This document shows positions 15,841 through 22,542 of a stretch of 25,546 nt of DNA, one piece after another. Position numbers and translations under genes: made by a program. The stretch lies in assembly GCA_036507075.1 (NCBI GenBank), contig DASXQR010000162.1:1-25546 (forward strand), in the 5' to 3' direction. This DNA comes from Acidobacteriota bacterium. Lineage in GTDB: Bacteria; Acidobacteriota; UBA6911; JACQSX01. The stretch's first letter is position 1. Each line of letters starts with the position of its first letter. The notes beneath the pieces were generated by a model. The model saw only the letters and a list, made by a program, of their open reading frames with translations. It ran no database searches and was not told where the DNA came from.

Positions 15841-17310
15841 ATGAAACCCAGAAATTTAGGGGAGCTGAAAAAAGCCGGGTACCGGTCCCGGTCGGTGAAA
15901 GACGAAGTCCGAGCCAACCTGATCCGGCACCTAAGCAACAATGGAGGACCCCTGTTTCAGGGAATCATCGGTTACGAGGAGACTGTCGAGCCCCACATCG
16001 TCAATGCAATTCTTTCCCGCCATAATTTCATCCTGCTGGGCCTGCGAGGGCAGGCAAAGAGCCGCATCCTGCGCGGTCTGGCAAACCTGCTCGATCCGGA
16101 ACTGCCGGTAATCGCCGGTTGTGAAATCAACGATGATCCCCTGCGACCTCTGTGCCGCGCCTGTCGGGAGCGTTCCCAGGAAGCGGGAGACAATTTGCCG
16201 GTCGCGTGGCTGCCGCGCTCGGCCCGCTACGTGGAGAAACTCGCCACCCCGGACGTGACGGTGGCCGACTTGATCGGCGACATCGACCCTATTCGCGCCG
16301 CAAAGGAGGGCCGCGTTCTGAGCGACGAGATGACGATTCACTACGGCCTGCTGCCGCGCGCCAATCGAGGCATCTTTGCCATCAATGAGCTGCCGGATCT
16401 GGCTCCCAAAATTCAGGTGGGCCTGTTCAACATCATGCAGGAAGGCGACATCCAGATTAAGGGATATCCGGTGCGGCTTCCGCTCGACGTGCTGCTGGTT
16501 TTTTCAGCCAACCCGGAAGACTACACGGCGCGAGGCAAAATCATCACTCCGCTCAAAGATCGGATCGGATCGGAGATCAAGACCCATTATCCGGTGAGCG
16601 TACGCGAGGGTGTGCGCATCACCGAGCTGGAAGCGTGGACGGACCGCCAGGCGGCGCTGCCAGTGATAATCCCGTCGTTTATCCGCGACATTGTCGAGCA
16701 GGTGGCGTTTTTGGCGCGCGATGATCAGCGCGTCGACAAGCGTTCCGGCGTAAGCCAGCGCATGCCTATCAGTTGCATGGAGAACGTCATCAGCAACGCG
16801 GAACGGCGCGCGCTGAAAAACAATGAAAAGACCGCAGTGACGCGGCCTGCCGACATCTACAGCGCGCTGCCGGCGCTCACGGGCAAGATGGAGCTCGAGT
16901 ATGAGGGCGAGCTGCGCGGCGCTGAAAACATCGCGCGCGAGCTGATCCGTTCCAGCATTCAAAAACTTTTCCCGCAGTATTTCTCGGGCGTCGACACTCG
17001 CCCGATTGTGGAGTTTTTTGAGCTGGGAGGATCATTGAAGCTCGACAGCATGGCCTCGCGCGAAACCGCCATGCGCGAGCTCAAGAAAGTTCAGGGTCTG
17101 CTGGAGAAAGCAGCCGGGATAAAAATGGATGCCCATGCCGATGCCAAAGACGACAACTTCAGGATTTCGGCCGCCGAGTTTCTGCTCGAGGGACTATATT
17201 CAATAAAGAAGATCAGCCGCACCGAAGAACGTGTTTACATGCGCTCTGAAGAAAAGAAGGAGGAGCGATTCTACGGCGAATTTGAGAGGATGAAAAAGCC
17301 ACTCAATTAA
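15841..17310 (+). CDS. AAA+ ATPase, MoxR/ChlI-like (Rv0958-type)
   Basis: Walker A variant GLRGQAKS; YVEKLATPD.TVADLIGDIDP; RANRGIFAINELPDL; ANPEDYT.RG.IITPLKDR.GSEI.THYP; SGVSQR. Confidence 0.9.
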   Translation: MKPRNLGELKKAGYRSRSVKDEVRANLIRHLSNNGGPLFQGIIGYEETVEPHIVNAILSRHNFILLGLRGQAKSRILRGLANLLDPELPVIAGCEINDDPLRPLCRACRERSQEAGDNLPVAWLPRSARYVEKLATPDVTVADLIGDIDPIRAAKEGRVLSDEMTIHYGLLPRANRGIFAINELPDLAPKIQVGLFNIMQEGDIQIKGYPVRLPLDVLLVFSANPEDYTARGKIITPLKDRIGSEIKTHYPVSVREGVRITELEAWTDRQAALPVIIPSFIRDIVEQVAFLARDDQRVDKRSGVSQRMPISCMENVISNAERRALKNNEKTAVTRPADIYSALPALTGKMELEYEGELRGAENIARELIRSSIQKLFPQYFSGVDTRPIVEFFELGGSLKLDSMASRETAMRELKKVQGLLEKAAGIKMDAHADAKDDNFRISAAEFLLEGLYSIKKISRTEERVYMRSEEKKEERFYGEFERMKKPLN

Positions 17311-17313
17311 GAC

Positions 17314-17672
17314 AATGCGGAATGGCGAATGCGGAATGGGGAATGGGGAATGCGGAATGGGGAATGCGGAATGGGGAATGCGGAATGGGGAATGCGGAAT
17401 GGGGAATAGGAATATGGAATGGTACGATGTCCGAGGAGTGGACTGGAAGTTGAGCGCAGGATGTCTAGCGGATTTCTCACCTTTGACCCCGGGCAAGAAG
17501 TTCTTGCTATTGAAAGAATTATTCCGCATTCCGCATTCCCTATTCTGCATTCCGCATTCCGCATTCCGCATTCCCCATTCCGCATTCCGACTTCCGACTT
17601 CCGACTTCCGCATTCGGAAGTTCCGCATTCCGCATTCGTCAGTTCCTCATTCCGCATTCCGAATTCCGCAAT
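17314..17672. repeat. Large inverted-arm element, GAATGCG/GAATGGG versus CGCATTC/CCCATTC
   Basis: Left array 17314-17421, unique spacer of about 100 bp, right complementary array 17519-17672 including cgacttc variants. Confidence 0.93.
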
Positions 17673-17701
17673 TCAAAATTCACAGGCAAGCTCACTAGGA
17701 T

Positions 17702-18928
17702 ATGCCAAAGATTGTTTTCGGCAAATGGACCGGTGAAGACTGGGACTCGATCAGCCTGGAAGAATTGATCAACCGGCTGAGCAACGCGCTCCTGAACAGC
17801 GGTTTCTACGACCCGTATTTCGAGTATTCCCAGAACAGCAGCGATTTAGATGTGAGCAGTCTTTACCAGGCGCTGATTCGCGCCCTGCTCGAACAGGGAC
17901 TGCTCAGCCAGGAACAGCTTGATTCCATGACCGACGCCGATGGAAATCCCAATCAGGAGCTCAAAGATATTCTGGATCGGCTGATCGCGCGCATGATGCA
18001 GGAAGGCTACCTGAGGCAGGAAGAAAATAAACCGGGCTCGGGACAGGGACGCAGCAGCACCCCCGCCCGCTTTGAGATTACCGACAAAACGGTCGATTTT
18101 CTCGGCTTCAAGACACTCAAAGACCTGCTTGCATCGCTGGGGCGCAGCAGCTTCGGCCGGCACGACACCAATTCTCTTTCCACAGGAGTGGAGGCGTTCG
18201 AATCGAGCAAGCAGTATGAATTCGGCGATTATTTGAATCTCGATATCAGCGAGACGCTGCTGAACAGCGTCAAGCGCCAGGGCAAGAGTTTCCCCATCAG
18301 CCTGGAGTATCCGGACCTGATGGTGCGCCAGACCGAATACCAAAGCTCCTGTGCCACCGTTTTGCTGCTGGATACCAGTCACAGCATGATTTTGTATGGC
18401 GAGGACCGTTTCACTCCCGCCAAGCGAGTGGCGCTGGCGCTGTCACATCTGATTCGAACTCAATATCCGGGCGATTCGCTTCATGTGATTTTGTTTCACG
18501 ACACGGCCGAAGAGATCCCCCTCAAAACGCTGGCCCGCGTCCAGGTTGGTCCCTACCACACCAATACGCGCGAAGGGCTGCGGCTGGCGCGCAGCATTCT
18601 CAATCGCGAGCGCAGGGACATGCGCCAGATCATTATGATCACCGATGGTAAGCCCTCTGCCGTGACGCTGCCCAACGGGCAGATCTACAAGAACTCGTTC
18701 GGGCTTGATCCAATGATCATCGGGGAGACATTCAAAGAAGTCGGCTACTGCCGGCGCAGCGGAATCCTGATCAACACGTTTATGCTGGCGCGGGACCACT
18801 ATCTGGTCGAATTCGTGAAAAACGTGGCTCAGATCTGCCGCGGTAAGGCATACTTCACCACCACGCTCAATCTGGGGCAGTACATTTTGATGGATTACAT
18901 GAAGAAGAAACGGCAGACGATTCACTGA
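17702..18928 (+). CDS. VWA-domain protein (partner of the AAA+ ATPase, Rv0959-type)
   Basis: MIDAS motif [22 protein letters not shown]; also YEFGD...LD...TL, RFTPAK.VALAL..LI..QYPGD, INTFML. Confidence 0.9.
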   Translation: MPKIVFGKWTGEDWDSISLEELINRLSNALLNSGFYDPYFEYSQNSSDLDVSSLYQALIRALLEQGLLSQEQLDSMTDADGNPNQELKDILDRLIARMMQEGYLRQEENKPGSGQGRSSTPARFEITDKTVDFLGFKTLKDLLASLGRSSFGRHDTNSLSTGVEAFESSKQYEFGDYLNLDISETLLNSVKRQGKSFPISLEYPDLMVRQTEYQSSCATVLLLDTSHSMILYGEDRFTPAKRVALALSHLIRTQYPGDSLHVILFHDTAEEIPLKTLARVQVGPYHTNTREGLRLARSILNRERRDMRQIIMITDGKPSAVTLPNGQIYKNSFGLDPMIIGETFKEVGYCRRSGILINTFMLARDHYLVEFVKNVAQICRGKAYFTTTLNLGQYILMDYMKKKRQTIH

Positions 18929-18941
18929 TTGAAGCGACACG

Positions 18942-18965
18942 GTAGAGACGCGACATGTCGCGTCT
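18942..18965 (+). repeat. GTAG-type REP palindrome
   Basis: gtag followed by the perfect 20-bp palindrome agacgcgacatgtcgcgtct; related to the palindromes at 22319-22532. Confidence 0.85.
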
Positions 18966-18993
18966 TTGGAGTTTGGATATTTTTGGGACCGGA

Positions 18994-19015
18994 GAGACGG
19001 CCTGAGGGCCGTCTC
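18994..19015. repeat. GC-rich hairpin (REP-like)
   Basis: gagacggcc-tgag-ggccgtctc, 9-bp stem with 4-nt loop, no U tract. Confidence 0.65.
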
Positions 19016-19094
19016 AGCTTGGCGGTTTGCATCGCCGAAAATGTATTGAACCACCAAGGCACCAAGCCAGACCTTAATCAACTCAGGAGCGTTC

Positions 19095-19460
19095 ATGTCC
19101 AAAAACGCAGCACCGGTGTTCACCTTCATTCTGGCATTATCGTTTTTGGCGGCGCAGGAGGCGCCGCCGGAAAAGAACAAAGAAGAACTGGTCAAGAAGC
19201 TTACCGAGATGGGCATCACGGTGAAGAATCAGCCCGTGATGCTGGCCGAGGTTTTTACCGTAGCGCCCGAAGACTCCAAGATGGTAGTGAGGCTGGGGAA
19301 TCCGACCAGAACCATGGTCCTCGGCATCGGAGAAAAAGCCACCGTAAAGCAGGGAAAGAAGACCATCAAGCTCAAGGACCTGAAACGGGGCGACAAAGTG
19401 ATTTTACTCCTGGATGCCAAGACCACCATGGTGGCGGAGATATACCTGGACAAAAAATGA
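19095..19460 (+). CDS. Exported hypothetical protein, probable small beta-barrel/OB-type fold
   Basis: AGGAG RBS; signal peptide (VFTFILALSFLAA-QE); beta-rich, ending in IKLKDLKRGDKVILL...VAEIYL. Confidence 0.8.
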   Translation: MSKNAAPVFTFILALSFLAAQEAPPEKNKEELVKKLTEMGITVKNQPVMLAEVFTVAPEDSKMVVRLGNPTRTMVLGIGEKATVKQGKKTIKLKDLKRGDKVILLLDAKTTMVAEIYLDKK

Positions 19461-19574
19461 ACCGCCAAGAGCGCCAAGCCCGCGAAGCTTTCATTTCACC
19501 CGGCGGTTACTTCTGGTGTGCTATACCGGAGTTCTCTCAAATCGCTTGGCGTTCTTGGCGCTCTTTGCGGTTCA
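19458..19574. repeat. Inverted-arm element, GAACCGCCAAG family, between convergent genes
   Basis: Left tgaaccgccaagagcgccaagcccgcgaag; right cttggcgttcttggcgctctttgcggttca. Its first 3 nt are the TGA stop of 19095-19460. Confidence 0.88.
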
Positions 19575-19579
19575 AGCTT

Positions 19580-20041
19580 TCATTCCCGGACGGGGCGGCC
19601 GTAGTTTGTGCCCCAGGCGCTCACCATTTCCGAATCGCTGTCGACGATCTTCCAAATTCCGGCTTCCTTTCTCAAAAGGAAACTCTGACGGGTGTTGCGT
19701 TCCGCATAAATGGTTTCGGTGGAAAGCACGATTGTATCGGGTCCCTGCGTTTGCCGCCCGATGATGGCGAAACCCTTGACCGCGCCGCTTCGATCTTTGA
19801 GCAAGCGCGACAATTCTCCCTCGCCCTGACGCTGCGAGATATCTTCCAGACGGCGTCTCAGGTCGCCTCCGAACAGATCAACCCACTGCGACACGCTGCC
19901 CTCGCCCATGGCTTGCACCATGTCCAGCAGCGCGTCGTCTGGTGACCCCGTTTGGACCGCCCCAGGCCTCTGCGCATCGCGCAACATGAAATAGGTAAAG
20001 CCGGCGATCAGCAGGAGAGCCGGTATTACTCTTTTGGCCAT
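19580..20041 (-). CDS. Membrane-anchored hypothetical protein (NTF2/DUF4878-like pattern)
   Basis: Start set at MAKRVIPALLLIAGFTYFML (N-terminal TM), since the longer start lies in a repeat. SPDDALLDMVQAM helix and F.LRKEAGIWKIV strand pattern. Confidence 0.8.
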   Translation of the reverse strand: MAKRVIPALLLIAGFTYFMLRDAQRPGAVQTGSPDDALLDMVQAMGEGSVSQWVDLFGGDLRRRLEDISQRQGEGELSRLLKDRSGAVKGFAIIGRQTQGPDTIVLSTETIYAERNTRQSFLLRKEAGIWKIVDSDSEMVSAWGTNYGRPVRE

Positions 20042-20046
20042 AGACT

Positions 20047-20137
20047 CGGGTTTACGGGTGGCCGGGTTTCGGGTTGGCACAAAGTTTCGTTAATTCGGAA
20101 CCCGTAACCAGCAAACTCGTAACCCGAAAACCGGTAA
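20047..20137. repeat. Inverted-arm element, GGGTTAC/GTAACCC family
   Basis: Left cgggtttacgggtggccgggtttcgggttggc; right cccgtaaccagcaaactcgtaacccgaaaaccggtaac; abuts the hflK stop. Confidence 0.78.
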
Positions 20138-21151
20138 CTATTTTTTCTGAACTTCCAGAATATCCAGATCAAGCCCCTGCGCTTTGCCGCTGTCATCCAG
20201 GATCACCTTTCGGATCCTGGGCAGGATGTCTTCCATCGCTTCCAGAAACAGCCGCGCCGTGGTGACCCTTCGGTGATCCCTGTACTCCTGCCACAGCGTG
20301 GTAAAACGATCCGATTCGCCGCGCGCCCGGTTTTCCAGCTCGTTGCGATATATCTCGGATTGCTGCATCAGTTCCTGTGCCGAGCCGCGCGCCCGGGGAA
20401 GAAGCTCGTTGGCGTATCCATTCGCTTCCTGAACGATGCGATTGCGATCCTCTCGCGAGTTTGCCACTTCCAAAAATGCGTCCCGTACTTCTTCAGGAGG
20501 ACTGACCTGCTCGAGGGCCACGCTGGTTATCGTGATCCCCAGTCCCAGCGTCTCGCCTGACTCCTGCAGCGCCTGCTGTACTTCGTTCTGCAGCGCTATG
20601 CGTTCGACGGTCAAAATGTCATCCACTTTGCGGGACGCCACTGCGCGTGACATGCACTGAAAGAACAAACCTTCCAGGATCGAAGGGAGACTTTCGGAGC
20701 GATACAGGTAACCGGCCGGGTCCTGAATGTAGTACTGGATCCACGCCTGCAATCGCACCAGGTTCTGATCGCCCGTAAGCAGGTATTCATCCGGGGTGGC
20801 GGCCCCCACTCCGAGAGCACGGCTCAAGTCGGTGCTTCCGATGGCAAGCCGCTGCGCTTCATTTACTTTCAATCGAATCACGCGCTCCGCCGGGAACGGC
20901 CATGCGTAATGGAGTCCGGGTTGCACGCGCTGCCGCATCAGCTTTCCAAAACGGACTCGAACTGCCTGTTGATCGGCGGGAACGTAGAACAGCCCCGAAA
21001 GCAGATAGATCACAAGCAGGCCGCCGACCAGCCATCGCGGTTGCGACTTCAACCGCGCCAGGGACTCAGCCAAGCGGCGAAAATGAGAATGCTTCACCCG
21101 TGGGTGCATGTGACCATGTTGATGACCGTGATCATGATGTTCGTCGTGCAT
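20138..21151 (-). CDS. hflK: HflK-like SPFH protein with His-rich N-terminus
   Basis: Starts MHDEHHDHGHQHGHMH; TM LVGGLLVIYLLSGLF; RFGK, PGLHYAWPFP, LLTGDQNLV, VDDILT, PPEEVRDAF.EV..SREDR....EA.GYAN...P.ARG, VT..RLFLEAME.IL. Confidence 0.92.
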   Translation of the reverse strand: MHDEHHDHGHQHGHMHPRVKHSHFRRLAESLARLKSQPRWLVGGLLVIYLLSGLFYVPADQQAVRVRFGKLMRQRVQPGLHYAWPFPAERVIRLKVNEAQRLAIGSTDLSRALGVGAATPDEYLLTGDQNLVRLQAWIQYYIQDPAGYLYRSESLPSILEGLFFQCMSRAVASRKVDDILTVERIALQNEVQQALQESGETLGLGITITSVALEQVSPPEEVRDAFLEVANSREDRNRIVQEANGYANELLPRARGSAQELMQQSEIYRNELENRARGESDRFTTLWQEYRDHRRVTTARLFLEAMEDILPRIRKVILDDSGKAQGLDLDILEVQKK

Positions 21152-21176
21152 CTCAAATCCCGGCAGGAAGAAAAAC

Positions 21177-21329
21177 AAAGCCGTCTACGTCCACGTGTAC
21201 GACCACGTCAACGTCCACGCCTACGTCTACCGATGAGTTGTGGTAAAGACGGTAATCCTTTGACAGCGCGCCGGCGCAGGCGTTGTGGTGGACATTGACG
21301 TGGTCGTGCGCGTGGACGTAGACGGCTTT
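21177..21329. repeat. Inverted-arm element built of hexamers (YACGTC/GACGTR)
   Basis: 42-bp arms at 21177-21218 and 21288-21329 complementary with 3 mismatches. Confidence 0.92.
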
Positions 21330-21388
21330 TGCTTGACGTTCCGGCCACGCCGCGCTTTGTCCATCAACTGAATAGAGGCTCAGGGTGT

Positions 21389-22285
21389 TCATTTCACCAG
21401 TTTCCCGTTCTTGCCTGCGGTCAAAAGTTTCAGCAGCTCGGAATCGGCCGAAAGGACAGCCGTGGTTTTCTCATCCAGGATCTTGCGATAGGCCTGCAGC
21501 GTGCGCACCATTTGATAGAAATCAGGATCTCGCGAAAAGGCTTTGCCGTAAATTCGCGTCGCCTCGGCGTCTCCCTTGCCGCGCACAATTTCCGCTTCTT
21601 TGTAGGCATTGGATAAGATCTCTTCAGCGGCGCGATCGGCTTCGGCGCGGATCTTTCTCGCTTCCTCTTCTCCTTCGGCCCGGTACTGCTTGGCGATCCG
21701 CTCGCGCTCGGCGCGCATGCGGGCGAACACACTTTCCCGGTTTTGCGCGGGAAGGTTGAGCCGTTTGATTTCCACTGAGGCGATGCGGATCCCGTAGCGC
21801 GAGCGCGCCAGATTCCTGCACTCTCCAGTCACCGCCTTCATCACCGCGCCCACTTTCACGTGTTCCACGTCGGTGGAAACCAGTTCGGCAAGGGTTGTTT
21901 TTCCGAGTTCTGCTGATACCTGGGACCAGACGATATCGTGCAGGCGCATTTCGGCTCCGGCCCTGTCGCCGACGGTTCGCAGAAACAACAGCGGATCTTC
22001 CACCTGCCAGCAGACATAGTTCTCCACCAGAAGGTTCTTTTTGTCGCGCGTCAGATATTCGGACGGGCGCGGGTTGTAAAAATGCAATCGCTTATCTATG
22101 CGCGTAATTCCCTGGAACGGCAACTTGAATTTCAAGCCGGCATCCCGGTACTCGGCCACGGGCCGCCCGAATTGAGTCACCAGCACATAGTCCGTCTCAG
22201 CCACCGTGAAGAAGCTGGCGTAGCCAGCCAGCAGCGCCGCTGTAATCCAGAGTTTCTTTTGTTTCACCAATTCCATCGCCTTCAT
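21389..22285 (-). CDS. hflC: HflC-like SPFH protein
   Basis: AAGGAGGT RBS before MKAMEL; motifs VTQFGRP, AGLKFKLPF, EYLTRDKKNLLV, W.V.DP..F, GI.I..VEIKRL.LP, VFARMRAERERIA.QYRAEGEEEA..IRAEAD, G.GDAEA..IY..AFS.DP.FY...RTL.AY. Confidence 0.95.
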   Translation of the reverse strand: MKAMELVKQKKLWITAALLAGYASFFTVAETDYVLVTQFGRPVAEYRDAGLKFKLPFQGITRIDKRLHFYNPRPSEYLTRDKKNLLVENYVCWQVEDPLLFLRTVGDRAGAEMRLHDIVWSQVSAELGKTTLAELVSTDVEHVKVGAVMKAVTGECRNLARSRYGIRIASVEIKRLNLPAQNRESVFARMRAERERIAKQYRAEGEEEARKIRAEADRAAEEILSNAYKEAEIVRGKGDAEATRIYGKAFSRDPDFYQMVRTLQAYRKILDEKTTAVLSADSELLKLLTAGKNGKLVK

Positions 22286-22318
22286 ATCGAACCTCCTTCC
22301 AGTTGGCGGTGACTCGCC

Positions 22319-22532
22319 GTAGCGACGCGGCATGCCGCGTCGGAGTTGGCCGCGACATGTCGCGGCCCTGTCGCCGCCGGCTGCTCCATGCCCGGCCGCG
22401 ACATGTCGCGGCCTGACTCTGACGCGGCATGCCGCGTCGCTACGTGGGCGTCGCTACGTGAGCGCGGCGGAGCTCAGCCCCGGGGGCGCGATTTATCGCG
22501 CCCGCCTCAGACGCGATGTATCGCGTCTCTAC
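22319..22532. repeat. Cluster of six REP-like palindromes (REPIN/BIME-like)
   Basis: gtag-cgacgcggcatgccgcgtcg (22323-42); ggccgcgacatgtcgcggcc x2 (22348-67, 22394-413); gacgcggcatgccgcgtc-gctac (22421-43); gggcgcgatttatcgcgccc (22484-503); agacgcgatgtatcgcgtct-ctac (22509-32). Confidence 0.92.
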
Positions 22533-22542
22533 GAACGCCGAA

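Noticed and set aside
15841..17310. True magnesium chelatase or sigma-54 activator
   Set aside because: No chlH/cobN or tetrapyrrole genes nearby; no GAFTGA loop or HTH.
17200..17736. Cys/His-rich repeat proteins (MRNAECG..., FRIPHS...), also at 11969-12710
   Set aside because: Translations of the GAATGCG/CGCATTC heptamer arrays in several frames on both strands; not credible genes.
18929..19945. 338-aa plus-strand ORF
   Set aside because: Overlaps two better-supported genes and crosses repeat elements; composition is not protein-like.
21153..21392. His/Val-rich 79-aa ORF (VHAHDHVNVHH...VDVDV) between hflC and hflK
   Set aside because: Tempting as a metal-binding peptide and it overlaps the hflC stop, but the pattern is a direct product of the hexamer arms; unsupported without translation data.
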